64,000 bases of DNA from Candidatus Cloacimonadota bacterium. GTDB lineage: Bacteria > Cloacimonadota > Cloacimonadia > JGIOTU-2. The stretch spans positions 249,816 through 313,815 of the forward strand of contig JBNGBT010000003.1 in assembly GCA_049903315.1 (NCBI GenBank). The letters run 5' to 3'. The stretch's first letter is position 1, and every line of letters begins with the position of its first letter. A program made the translations under genes and the position numbers. The notes below the pieces were generated by a model. The model was not told the origin of the DNA and searched no databases. It worked only from the letters and a program-made list of their open reading frames with translations. Positions 9,621 through 19,605 of this stretch are shown in pieces.

Positions 9621-11564
9621 TTACCACACAAAAACGACGCCACTATTGGGAAAGAACCATTCGCCTGAAGAGCTTTTCATGACGATCTTCTTACCTTTGA
9701 TCTTCTCATGCGGATATTTTTCCTTGCCGGAAAAAATGCGGATGATCTCAACATTTTCAATATTTGTGAGTGAATAATCAAAGGTCATTGTAATTCCTTT
9801 TGTAAGCTCAGCAATATAGATTGTAAGCTGATGTTTGTTTTTAGGGTAATAGGTGATTGTGTCGATGGTAAACTGCACTTCTTTTCCGAGAAGATCACGC
9901 AGTTTTGGATGGGAACACTCTATCTCAAGGTTTGAGAATTCATTTTCCTGCGATTCATTTTGAATGATGCTATGATGAAGTACCAGATCATTAATCATAA
10001 TTTTATCGACTTGAAATGAGTTTGCAAGATCTATTTTACTGTCAAGGAGCCAGCGATACTCAACATCAGGTGAGAGAATATATTGCTCAAGGTCTTCGGG
10101 ACTTGTTGCACAGACGATTTTGAACGTATCCTTTGTGAGTATCTTTTTGTATCGTAATTTGGTTTTCGTATGATAAAAAAACTTGGACACAAGTGGATCG
10201 AGGTCTGTTTCTGAGAGCACGATCTCATGAACGAAATCTTTTTTCCAGCTCATTTCTCTGTCAGTCCGGTAAAAGAGTTTTTTGAGCACTTCTTGGTACA
10301 CTATGCTACCGATCTCGTTGCTGTTAAGCCGCTGATTAAGTGAGGTTTCAATAACCTTCTCAAGAGTCGTATCTGTGAAATCCTTCGCAATAAATGTTCT
10401 TCTCGAAATGGGCTCTATCGCAGTATCTTTGTGCTCGCGGATATAAATCCTCTGAGCGCGTCTGCCGAGATTGCACGCCATTTCGTAGGTAAGCCCGTTA
10501 TAGAATGAGCTGAGTTCTTCGATAGATATCGACTGAGTTTTCTCGCTTCCGATAAGAGTAACTTCGTCTCCGACCTTTGCATTTTTCACATGAGAAATAT
10601 CAACAATGATCATATCCATTGTCACTCGACCCAAAATAGGACATATAGTATCATGAACCAAAACCTTCCCGCAATTCGAAAGCAGGAAATTATATCCGTC
10701 GCCATAACCGATTGGAAGAATTGCAGCTTTTGTAATATTTTTTGCGATATACGTCTTATTATAACTTATGCTGGAATTTTCTGGAAACTCTTTTATCAGA
10801 CCAATTTTTGATTTAAAGGTCATGACGGACTTCAGTTTAATTTTATCCTTGAGATTATCGGCAGTATAAATGCCATATGAAAGCAAGCCAGCGCGAACCA
10901 TTGTGTGGTAGGATTGCGGGAAATTAATGATTGCAGCGCTGTTTGCAATATGTTTGTAAGGTGGATCGATGCCAATATTATGAAAAATCTCAATGATTTT
11001 ATTGAAGCGATTATTCTGTGTTTCTGAGAAGGAAATGTCCTTGGTTTCACTCATTGAAAAATGCGAAGAAAGCCCTTCGATCTGGAGATTATATAAACCT
11101 TTGATCGTGGTTGCAATATTGGAAGCTTCGTTCCATAAAAAACCAGCGCGCCCCATTCCAGTATCAAAAAGGATATGTACCGGTAGTTTTTTATTATTTT
11201 TTTTTGCATATGCATTGAGATTTTGAGCAAAGCTTATGTCAGAAATGGATGGAGTAAGGTCATAAGTAACGAGTGTTTCGATCTCACTATCGAACGAAGG
11301 GCTGAGCACGAGAATATGTTTATTAATATTTTCCAGCCTCAGGAGTACACCTTCATCGCTGTTTGCCACACCAAACCAATCAATCCCCATTTTCTCCGCT
11401 TCACGGGCAATCTCCAACGAACCATGTCCATATCCATCGGCTTTCACGATCTGCATGTAATGGGTTTCGGTAGGGAGATAACTTCTTAGCTGCTCGACAT
11501 TATAACGGAAATTATCAAGATCAATAATTGTCCAGCTTCGGAAGAGTTCTTTATCCTTCTTCAT
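9621..11564 (-). CDS. alr: Alanine racemase with ~270-aa C-terminal extension
   Basis: VKADGYGHG (PLP Lys), DTGMGRAG, HIANSAA, IGYGDG (catalytic Tyr), GRVTMD; 647 aa versus the usual ~370. Confidence 0.92.
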   Translation of the reverse strand: MKKDKELFRSWTIIDLDNFRYNVEQLRSYLPTETHYMQIVKADGYGHGSLEIAREAEKMGIDWFGVANSDEGVLLRLENINKHILVLSPSFDSEIETLVTYDLTPSISDISFAQNLNAYAKKNNKKLPVHILFDTGMGRAGFLWNEASNIATTIKGLYNLQIEGLSSHFSMSETKDISFSETQNNRFNKIIEIFHNIGIDPPYKHIANSAAIINFPQSYHTMVRAGLLSYGIYTADNLKDKIKLKSVMTFKSKIGLIKEFPENSSISYNKTYIAKNITKAAILPIGYGDGYNFLLSNCGKVLVHDTICPILGRVTMDMIIVDISHVKNAKVGDEVTLIGSEKTQSISIEELSSFYNGLTYEMACNLGRRAQRIYIREHKDTAIEPISRRTFIAKDFTDTTLEKVIETSLNQRLNSNEIGSIVYQEVLKKLFYRTDREMSWKKDFVHEIVLSETDLDPLVSKFFYHTKTKLRYKKILTKDTFKIVCATSPEDLEQYILSPDVEYRWLLDSKIDLANSFQVDKIMINDLVLHHSIIQNESQENEFSNLEIECSHPKLRDLLGKEVQFTIDTITYYPKNKHQLTIYIAELTKGITMTFDYSLTNIENVEIIRIFSGKEKYPHEKIKGKKIVMKSSSGEWFFPNSGVVFVW

Positions 11565-11571
11565 AAAGATA

Positions 11572-11608
11572 GAAAAATCCCTCCATTCGGAGTAAGAATG
11601 TCGGGATT
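11572..11608 (-). terminator. Probable intrinsic terminator after the SPOR gene
   Basis: Minus strand aatcccgacattc...gaatggagggatt followed by a T-run. Confidence 0.5.
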
Positions 11609-11628
11609 AAAATAGTGTAGTGTACTAT

Positions 11629-12075
11629 TTATTTAACTTTGGCTAACCAATAATCATTAATTGAAGGGAATTTTGCTTTAAGCTGTTTTCCCAGTTCGTT
11701 TGCCTCTGGAGCGGAATAAAGACCTTTCAGACGTAGGCGATAAAAAAGCTTACCGTTTTTCTTGGTAGTCGTGATCTTTGTCTCGTATCCGTATTGTGCA
11801 AGCTTGTTTTTCTCTGTGATGATATTTGCATAACTTGGACTTGCAGCAACCTGAAGCTCATACGATTTTGCCTGGTCGGGCGGTATTTTTTTCGTAGGAA
11901 CTGTCTGCTGCGTTTGCTGAGTAGTATCTTTTGTCTGCTCTTCCGGTTTGGTAACTTCAGGTTTTTTGGGTGGTTTGAGTTCATCGGTTTTCTTCTTGCC
12001 GCATCCCTGAATACTTGCCAGAGATACAAGAAGAACAATCACCAAAATGGCAATCACAAAAACTTTTCTTTTCAT
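11629..12075 (-). CDS. SPOR domain (peptidoglycan-binding) lipoprotein
   Basis: Hydrophobic N-terminus ending in GC, Pro/Gln linker, YELQVAA...FYRLRL.G SPOR-like fold. Confidence 0.75.
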   Translation of the reverse strand: MKRKVFVIAILVIVLLVSLASIQGCGKKKTDELKPPKKPEVTKPEEQTKDTTQQTQQTVPTKKIPPDQAKSYELQVAASPSYANIITEKNKLAQYGYETKITTTKKNGKLFYRLRLKGLYSAPEANELGKQLKAKFPSINDYWLAKVK

Positions 12076-12202
12076 GTAAGCCCCCATATTATTTTAAATA
12101 AAACAAGCTTTCTTAAAAAAACTCGTCAAGTAATTACTTTATTCATGAACTTCATCATAAGTTATCTTGACAGTAAAATTTCGTCAAGTTCCAATTTCTC
12201 AC

Positions 12203-13507
12203 ATGAAAAAGGTCTTTTCAATTTTAGCGATATCTCTTACGATAATAATCATGTTTTCTTGCGGCAAAGATAAACCTCCGACTGGTGGTCCACGGGATAC
12301 AACTCCTCCGGAGATAATAAATATTGAGCCGGAAAATTTAACAAAAAATTTTCTTGATGACGAAATTACGTTTACTTTTACAGAGACTATAGATGAGCGC
12401 TCTTTTGAAGACGCACTCCACTTCTATCCTCCGATCATGAAGAAAAAGATCACTTCTGGTAAGCAAAGCGTCACAATAAAATTAAGGGAAGAGCTCATAC
12501 CGGATCAGACTTATCTGTTGACACTTGATACGCGCTGCAAAGACCTTCGTGACAATGCGTTAGAAAAAGCACACTCATTATTTTTTTCTACTTCAGAAAC
12601 CATTTCTGCACGCAAATTGGATATTGATCTTAAATTGGATGAACGAGCTCCTATTCGACAGGGCATGTATTTCGTACAGCTTTATAATGCTCAGGATACG
12701 ATATTCATCACCTTACAAAATACAGAAATATTACAAAAATTTACTTTTGAAAACCTTCCTTCTGATGAAGTTTCGGTTCTTGCTTTTTTGGATGAAAATA
12801 GGAATTCAGAAGCTGATAAAAAACGTGAACTCTTTGCCGAGAAAATTGTAAAATTACTTGATACAGAGAATGAGATCACGCTTACTCTTTCCCTTCAGGA
12901 TACGACCAAACCAGTTTTGAAGAATATAGTTACCGAAAGTGCACAACGCCTCCTTATTCGTTTTACTGAGGATATTAAAAGCATCCGCACAATAAAAATT
13001 GTTGATCAAGTCACAGAGAGCAAATTACCGATTTATGAATACATAATATCCGGTTCGGACATCGAGTGCATTACAGGTGTGTGCGATACGAACGCATATG
13101 TGCTTGAATTGAAAGATATCATTGATTTTAAGGATAATATCACAGAACTTGATACTCTCAGTTTCATTAACAGGCAGTCACCGGATACAACATTTTTGGA
13201 ACTGGATTCTCTTTCACATGAGGACGGACAGACTGTCACAACTTTAACTCCGGAATTCCGAATAAAGTTCAACAAAATCATATCGTTGGAAAATATCTCT
13301 ATTTTACTTGTAAACTCCGAAGATGGGAAACCGGTTGAACTCTCCCTGCAAAAAAAGCATGGATATACTTTTATAGTAAAGCCTAAAAAATTGTTGAAGA
13401 ATTATGTGCCTTATTCTCTGATTATTACTGAAGAAACCAGCGATTATGAAGGTAATTCACTCAACGAAGCGGTAAATATTTCGATCTTGCCACTATTATA
13501 TAACTAA
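12203..13507 (+). CDS. Ig-like (Big_5) domain lipoprotein
   Basis: Lipobox MFSC; P.GGPRDTTPP; F.E.ID; D..GN motifs of repeated bacterial Ig-like domains. Confidence 0.75.
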   Translation: MKKVFSILAISLTIIIMFSCGKDKPPTGGPRDTTPPEIINIEPENLTKNFLDDEITFTFTETIDERSFEDALHFYPPIMKKKITSGKQSVTIKLREELIPDQTYLLTLDTRCKDLRDNALEKAHSLFFSTSETISARKLDIDLKLDERAPIRQGMYFVQLYNAQDTIFITLQNTEILQKFTFENLPSDEVSVLAFLDENRNSEADKKRELFAEKIVKLLDTENEITLTLSLQDTTKPVLKNIVTESAQRLLIRFTEDIKSIRTIKIVDQVTESKLPIYEYIISGSDIECITGVCDTNAYVLELKDIIDFKDNITELDTLSFINRQSPDTTFLELDSLSHEDGQTVTTLTPEFRIKFNKIISLENISILLVNSEDGKPVELSLQKKHGYTFIVKPKKLLKNYVPYSLIITEETSDYEGNSLNEAVNISILPLLYN

Positions 13508-13508
13508 G

Positions 13509-14237
13509 CTATTTCCAGTATTTTAACTCTACCTTGTCATCCATAATTTCCAGGTAGCTGTAATATCTTATCCAATCACCAAGATTTATATACGTTCCCT
13601 TATCACACTGTACTACGTGCGGATTATGGATATGCCCCATGATCGTATAGGCAAACCCTTTTTCAAACAATTTATCTGAGAAATCGATTAAACCCTTTTC
13701 CTGCCTTGCAAGAGTTTTTCTCGATTTGTTGTAATTCTTACTCGAACGGGACATGAGTTTACCTGTTCGCAATCCAGCATCGGGGTGAACCCAGCTAAAT
13801 AATTTATGAACAAATGGACTGCGCAGAATACTTTTCAATACATGATACTGCAAATCGTTGGAGGTGAATTCATCACCGTGCGATACATAAAATTTCTTTC
13901 CAGCACATGTGAAAGTATAGTCATTTCTATATACTTCAGCTTGGAGGTTCAACTGGAAAAAATCCTTGAAAACGAAGTCATGATTTCCCGCGATATAGAT
14001 TACTTTTGTGCCTTTTTCGATGAGAGTTTTCAGTTTATGAAGTGTTTCAAAAAATGCTTTCGGGATGACCATTGTGTACTCGAACCATACATCAAAGAGG
14101 TCTCCGGCAATAATAAGTTTATCAGGTGGATCAGTAATAAGTGCATCGAGAAAGGAATAGAATATATCGAGTTTTTTCTGCTCTTCTTTATCGACAAAGA
14201 AGCGCTGGTGAAGATCAGAAATGCAGATTATTTTCAT
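13509..14237 (-). CDS. lpxH: UDP-2,3-diacylglucosamine diphosphatase (metallophosphoesterase)
   Basis: SDLH, GDLFD.W, GNHD, SHGD, MGHIH, NLGDW. Confidence 0.8.
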   Translation of the reverse strand: MKIICISDLHQRFFVDKEEQKKLDIFYSFLDALITDPPDKLIIAGDLFDVWFEYTMVIPKAFFETLHKLKTLIEKGTKVIYIAGNHDFVFKDFFQLNLQAEVYRNDYTFTCAGKKFYVSHGDEFTSNDLQYHVLKSILRSPFVHKLFSWVHPDAGLRTGKLMSRSSKNYNKSRKTLARQEKGLIDFSDKLFEKGFAYTIMGHIHNPHVVQCDKGTYINLGDWIRYYSYLEIMDDKVELKYWK

Positions 14238-14246
14238 GAAACTCCT

Positions 14247-14909
14247 TTAATGTGTGAGCACATAGTACACGATGTTTATGCCCATTTTAAATGCCTGCTC
14301 ACGAATATATGAAGGGTCTTTGTGCACTTCGGGAGAAGCCCATCCATCGCTGATGTTGGTTTCATACGTGTATAATATTATCAATCTGCCGAAATCGTCA
14401 AAAATGCCAAATGCCTGTGGTCTCTTGCCATCGTGTTCGTGAATCTTAGGAAGTCCGTTTGGAAAAGTGTAGTAGCTGTCAAAAAGTGGGAAAGTGGCCG
14501 GCAATTCCTGAAGAGTTTTTTCCGGGTAGACGAGTGCCAACTCCCTTCGAATGTATTGATCCAGACCGTAATCATCATCGATGTAGAGGAACCCACCTTT
14601 TTCAAGATAATTACGCAGATTTACAATTTCTTCTTCGGAAAAACTTATGTTACCGTGCCCTGTAAGATATAGGAATGGGTAATTGAGAATTGAATTATTT
14701 TTGAGGGAAACAATTGCCTGTTCGGGTGCAGTTTTGATCAAAGTGCGGGTGCTGATCTCGTTGCAGAAATTAGGAATTACCGAAGTGTCATTATACCAAT
14801 CACCGCCGCCGTCATATTGCACACGGGCAATCGTGATCTCCATTTCTCCTGAGAGATTCAGAGGAATGAGCAAAATAAAAACAAAAAGAACCTTTTTTAT
14901 GATATTCAT
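14247..14909 (-). CDS. DUF4159 domain protein
   Basis: Y.GGGDWY, YPFLYLTGHG, GGFLYIDD, GLPKIHEHD, ISDGW. Confidence 0.85.
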   Translation of the reverse strand: MNIIKKVLFVFILLIPLNLSGEMEITIARVQYDGGGDWYNDTSVIPNFCNEISTRTLIKTAPEQAIVSLKNNSILNYPFLYLTGHGNISFSEEEIVNLRNYLEKGGFLYIDDDYGLDQYIRRELALVYPEKTLQELPATFPLFDSYYTFPNGLPKIHEHDGKRPQAFGIFDDFGRLIILYTYETNISDGWASPEVHKDPSYIREQAFKMGINIVYYVLTH

Positions 14910-14941
14910 GAGATTTGCATGAAATGAAGGAGCATTTTGGA

Positions 14942-14980
14942 TGTCAATATTCTTGACGTTTGAAGATCGATCTCTACTTT
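14942..14980. promoter_or_regulatory. Back-to-back sigma70-type promoters (DUF4159 operon / tRNA-Val)
   Basis: TTGACA on minus strand at 14942-14947; TTGACG-16nt-TACTTT on plus strand at 14953-14980. Confidence 0.5.
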
Positions 14981-14991
14981 ATGACGCACGT

Positions 14992-15067
14992 GGGTGATTA
15001 ACTCAGAGGCTAGAGTGCTTCCCTTACAAGGAAGAAGTCGTAGGTTCGACTCCTACATCGCCCACCA
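14992..15067 (+). tRNA. tRNA-Val(TAC)
   Basis: Cloverleaf: acceptor GGGTGAT/ATCGCCC, anticodon arm CTTCC-CTTACAA-GGAAG, GGTTCGACTCC T-arm, encoded CCA. Confidence 0.97.
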
Positions 15068-15395
15068 TTTTTTTTTATCAAAATTCTGAGTGGACTAGTT
15101 ACTTAATTATTGAATTTCCAACAACCAACAGGGAATGTTCAATGTCCATTTATATCTGACTCTCATAGAACTATATCACCACTCGGATCTAAGCATTGAG
15201 GGCAACTCATTGGACCCTCTCAACTTTTTGCGTCTCTGCTTATTCAGGTGTAAAATATTTGTCATTTTTTATATTTGAGAGGGAATATTATCTCCTGATT
15301 TATTTTCCTTCATACTTGGTAATTCCGTGTTGGGTATTGGATATTAATTCTTTCTTTACAAACTTATTTTTAAACTCCAATTTAATATCAAGGAT

Positions 15396-16793
15396 TTAAT
15401 CCAACGTAATTTCTCGTGGATTCGTATCTATTTCCTGGGTTTCCTGAAGATTCTTCTTGGTTTGTTGAACTCCCAATTCCTCAAGTTTTCGAGCCCCGGG
15501 CACAATTCGACTCGTGAACGAACCAACTGCTTTATTATAATGCTTTACAGATGTATCCAAACTCGATCCAACTTTTTCCAGATGTTCCTGGAAAGTGCAG
15601 ATTCGTTCGTAGAGTTCGGTGCCGGTTTCCGCAATCTGCTTGGCATTTTCAGTTAATTTTTGCTGCTGCCAGCTCATGGCAACTGTCCTAAGAAGCGCAA
15701 TGAATGTCGTTGGTGTGGCAATGATGACTTTGTTTTGTATCCCATCCTCGATGAGTTTGTTGTCGAGCTCTAATGCTGCTGAGAAAAAGGACTCACCTGG
15801 CAGGAAGAGGACAACAAAATCGGGCGCATCATCAAACTGTTTCCAATAGTTCTTTTTTGAAAGTTCATTCATGTGATGCCTTACTGCACGAGAATAAGCT
15901 ATTTTCGCCGCCTCTCTTTTTTCATCTGTTTCAGCTTCATACGCTTCCATAAAATATTTAGTCGGTGCTTTGGAATCGACGACAATACTTCTGTGTCCCG
16001 GCAAATAAACAATGAGATCCGGGCGAAGCTGTCCATCTTCAGTTTTCACGTTGACCTGTTCTGAGAAATCACAATATTCGGACATGCCCACGAGCTCTAC
16101 GACACGCCTGAGTTGCAGCTCTCCCCATTTGCCGCGTACTTCCGGACGCTTGAGTGCATTTTTCAGACCGGCAGTTTCTTTTTTTAGATTATCACTTGAA
16201 TTTGCCAGTTGAGTGATCTGCTCTTTTAGTGTGCCGAGATCTTCTTTCCTGAGATTCTCGATCGTTTTAATTTCACGATTATATCTTTCAAGGGAATCTT
16301 TCAAGGGTTCGAGAGTTTCTTCAATCGCTTGTTTTCCGAATTCACTCTTCGTTTTTTCGAGTATGGTTTCCAGATTTTGCTTTGCCAGCTTCAAAAAGGT
16401 TTCATTATTACTTTTAAGTGCATCGGACGAAAACGCATTGAAGGTGTCTCTCAAACTCTCAGTTGCTTGTTTGAGCAGTTCTTTTTGCTCAAGGATGTTC
16501 TTTTCTGTTTCCAGAACTTTCGTCTCAAGACGGGCAGCTTCCTCTTTTTGTTTTTCAAGCTGATCTCTTAGAGAGGAAATTATTTCCTCAAGCTTTTGTT
16601 TTTCCAGCTTGATCTCTTCGATATACTGAACATTTTGAAGTAGTTTTGTTTCAGCTATCACTTTTTCATTTTGCAGTTCATCTGTGCGCAGGTTCTTTTT
16701 CTCAAGAGAGGAAACTCTTTTCTGCATAAGAAAATAGGTGACCAAAATGCCAATGACCAAGCCGATAACGAGCGGAATTACTGTATTTATCAT
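15396..16793 (-). CDS. rmuC: DNA recombination protein RmuC
   Basis: N-terminal TM and coiled coil; RGKWGELQL, RPD.IV.LPG, VDSKAP, PDFVVLFLPGE, ATPTT; start moved to MINTV. Confidence 0.93.
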   Translation of the reverse strand: MINTVIPLVIGLVIGILVTYFLMQKRVSSLEKKNLRTDELQNEKVIAETKLLQNVQYIEEIKLEKQKLEEIISSLRDQLEKQKEEAARLETKVLETEKNILEQKELLKQATESLRDTFNAFSSDALKSNNETFLKLAKQNLETILEKTKSEFGKQAIEETLEPLKDSLERYNREIKTIENLRKEDLGTLKEQITQLANSSDNLKKETAGLKNALKRPEVRGKWGELQLRRVVELVGMSEYCDFSEQVNVKTEDGQLRPDLIVYLPGHRSIVVDSKAPTKYFMEAYEAETDEKREAAKIAYSRAVRHHMNELSKKNYWKQFDDAPDFVVLFLPGESFFSAALELDNKLIEDGIQNKVIIATPTTFIALLRTVAMSWQQQKLTENAKQIAETGTELYERICTFQEHLEKVGSSLDTSVKHYNKAVGSFTSRIVPGARKLEELGVQQTKKNLQETQEIDTNPREITLD

Positions 16794-17260
16794 ACCCACA
16801 TCCCGAAATTTATTTTTTGCATATAAATTATCACAATGACAATAAATTATGTCAAAATTTCCATGAAAATAACTGATGAAGCGAAAAAAATAAACTTTTT
16901 TGAGTGGTGGCGTCACAAAATTGGTATTTTGATGATATATATGTAGAAAGTATTATTGGAATAAATAGTATGAAGAAAAATGATATAAGAATCTGTGCAA
17001 AAGCAAACAGAATAATTACTTTGAGCAAATGCATACGTGAATTTAAACAAAAAGATAGAGAATATATTGACATTTTTATTACAAAATCTAAGGAAATAAA
17101 TAAGTTTACTTAGATAAACCTCGCTATCCTCATCCTGGGATAGTGGGGTATTTGATGATAAAGATTGAATTGGTGAATAATGAGCAGAATCTGAAATTGA
17201 GGGACAAATTATAACGGAAGCTCTGATAAGAGAATGTGTTCACAGAAACTAAGGAGAAAA

Positions 17261-19543
17261 ATGAAAAAATTAATTCTTACAGCAGTGTTCATGCTGCTGA
17301 TAATAACAATAAGTTATGCTGATATTATTATACCTGACGATTACGCAACTATTCAAGCCGGCATAAATGCTGCAACGGCAGGCGATACTGTAAAAGTTAA
17401 ATATGGAACTTACAATGAAGCAATTACGATAAACAAAGACCTTACTCTCATTAAATATTCTACACAAATGCCTACTATAACCTATTCTTATGGTTCAATG
17501 ATCACAATTCAAAGTGCAGAGGTATTGATATCTGGTTTTAATGTTGAGACAACAGCGCAATATGGATATGGAATGAGAGTATATGGAAACCAAGACGTTG
17601 TAATTGATGATTGTATAGTTTCAGGAATGTATAAGGGTATATTCTCTGAGCAGATACAGATTGAGATATACAATTGCCAATTTTATGATAATCATAAAGC
17701 CATCACTATCACTACTAATATTGAAGAAAGTGAATATCCTGCTGTGATTAAGGGTTGTTCTATATATCAAAATGAAGCAGGAATAGATATTGATTCAAAC
17801 GGTGGTCCACTCGTCCTGATCGAAGAATGTGATATTTATGAGAATGAATTAAATGGAATATTACTTGAAGGCGGTTGTTCAACAATTAAGAGATGCATTA
17901 TAAGCGACAACATTTATAATAATAATGGATATGGAATTGATTGTATATCAGGATATTGTGATATAATAAATTGTACGATACACGGAAACTACAAAGGTGT
18001 AAGATTTATTTCAAACATAGGAAAAGAGATAATAAACTCGATCCTTTGGGGTAATTCTTATGCAGATATAGTAGGATCGCCGACCGTAACCTATTCCTGT
18101 ATTGAAGATGGATATGCCGGAAACGGAAACATAGATGATGATCCGCAGTTTGAAGATGCTGCTAATGGCGATTTCCATTTAAGATGGGATAACGATGAGC
18201 TGAGTCCATGCATAGATACAGGAGACCAGAATACTGAATGGGATGGAGACGATACACCCCCCGACATGGGCAGACTAAGAGCGGAAAAACACTGGTATGA
18301 CAATTGGGAATTGCCGGATATAAATACCAACCGTGGCTGGAAATGGATGTGCTTCCCTGTAATAGATACGGTTACAAACTCGCAAACTTACGTAGGTGAT
18401 ATGGCTGAATATATGCTCGCTGATATCCTTGATACTGATTTACTTGACCATGTAGAATGGGTACCAATTGAAACAACAAGTAATAATATTATTAATATTG
18501 AATTTGAAGATCCTATTTGGACAAATACTAATCATATTTTCACAAGCATACAGGGTTACAAATTCCAGATGCTTGATGATGATCCTGTTTATCTGCCGAT
18601 ATCCGGATTTCTTGAAGATTCGACCAAAACGATACAACTGAATGACGAACACGACAACTGGATGGGTTATTTCATAGATTATGAGCAGAATATAGAAGAC
18701 GCTTTTGGAGAAGAAACCCTGGAAAATCTCTACTACATTCAGACACAACGATGGACAGTTACAAGAGAGGAACCAGAACCGGAAAGCCCATGGCTCGGTT
18801 TATCTTCTGCAAACAGAACACTCAATTACGGTGATCTGGTGATCGTGCGATGCTTTGATGACGAACTCTTTGCGTGGTGTGACACTGAACTTGAACAAGA
18901 GAGAGATGTACGTGAAGACACTCAATATTTCAACTATGAAGAACAGGCGGATTATATTCCGATCTATGTGCAACTTGATCCAACAGATTTACCAACAGAG
19001 ATTGCCGTATTTGTCGATGGTGAATGTAAAGGTGCCGAGAAGGTGCTTGAAGATCTGACCGATATTCGTGCTTATATGTTAGGTGCAAACGGTGGTAACA
19101 TCACTTTTGAGATGTATTTTGACAATAAATCACCTATAGAAAAAGTGAGTAAATACTTTGTCTATAACACTAAAAGCATGGAATTTGAACCGGAGATCAT
19201 CACCGTGAACCCCTCGAAAGATTACTACCTGGTAACCTTCAAAGAAACGGACACCCCTCAATTTACGTATGAATATAAAATGAAGCATTATCCTAATCCT
19301 GTTCGCTCTAACACAAAGATCAAATACTCGCTGCCGAGAACAGAAAAAGTTACCATAAATATATATAATGTACGTGGTCAGCTTATACAAACACTCATAA
19401 ATGATCAGGTCGGATCCGGCATACATACGGTATACTGGGATGGAACTGACTTAAGCGGTAAATACGTAAACAATGGCGTGTATATGTATGTACTTAAAAC
19501 TAATAATAAAACCATAGCACATAAAATGTTGCTTATGAGATAA
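17261..19543 (+). CDS. Secreted right-handed beta-helix protein with C-terminal FlgD-Ig/Por-type sorting domain
   Basis: Signal peptide, P.DY.TIQ.GI, NosD/pectin-lyase-like repeats, DP.F...DFHL...SPCIDTG, YPNP...IYN.RGQ...WDG tail; RBS AGGAG. Confidence 0.85.
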   Translation: MKKLILTAVFMLLIITISYADIIIPDDYATIQAGINAATAGDTVKVKYGTYNEAITINKDLTLIKYSTQMPTITYSYGSMITIQSAEVLISGFNVETTAQYGYGMRVYGNQDVVIDDCIVSGMYKGIFSEQIQIEIYNCQFYDNHKAITITTNIEESEYPAVIKGCSIYQNEAGIDIDSNGGPLVLIEECDIYENELNGILLEGGCSTIKRCIISDNIYNNNGYGIDCISGYCDIINCTIHGNYKGVRFISNIGKEIINSILWGNSYADIVGSPTVTYSCIEDGYAGNGNIDDDPQFEDAANGDFHLRWDNDELSPCIDTGDQNTEWDGDDTPPDMGRLRAEKHWYDNWELPDINTNRGWKWMCFPVIDTVTNSQTYVGDMAEYMLADILDTDLLDHVEWVPIETTSNNIINIEFEDPIWTNTNHIFTSIQGYKFQMLDDDPVYLPISGFLEDSTKTIQLNDEHDNWMGYFIDYEQNIEDAFGEETLENLYYIQTQRWTVTREEPEPESPWLGLSSANRTLNYGDLVIVRCFDDELFAWCDTELEQERDVREDTQYFNYEEQADYIPIYVQLDPTDLPTEIAVFVDGECKGAEKVLEDLTDIRAYMLGANGGNITFEMYFDNKSPIEKVSKYFVYNTKSMEFEPEIITVNPSKDYYLVTFKETDTPQFTYEYKMKHYPNPVRSNTKIKYSLPRTEKVTINIYNVRGQLIQTLINDQVGSGIHTVYWDGTDLSGKYVNNGVYMYVLKTNNKTIAHKMLLMR

Positions 19544-19553
19544 AAATACTTTC

Positions 19554-19581
19554 AGGAGTGCATCCTGAGGGGTGCACTCCT
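19554..19581 (+). other. Strong intergenic hairpin without U-tract
   Basis: aggagtgcatcc-tgag-gggtgcactcct between two co-oriented secreted-protein genes. Confidence 0.55.
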
Positions 19582-19605
19582 CCCCTCATTATAAAAGAGG
19601 TTATA

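Noticed and set aside
16794..16916. Longer N-termini given by the ORF track (rmuC; also glnA, serS, tpiA, 17234, 19558, 48284)
   Set aside because: Downstream ATGs have better RBS, signal peptides or family-typical starts
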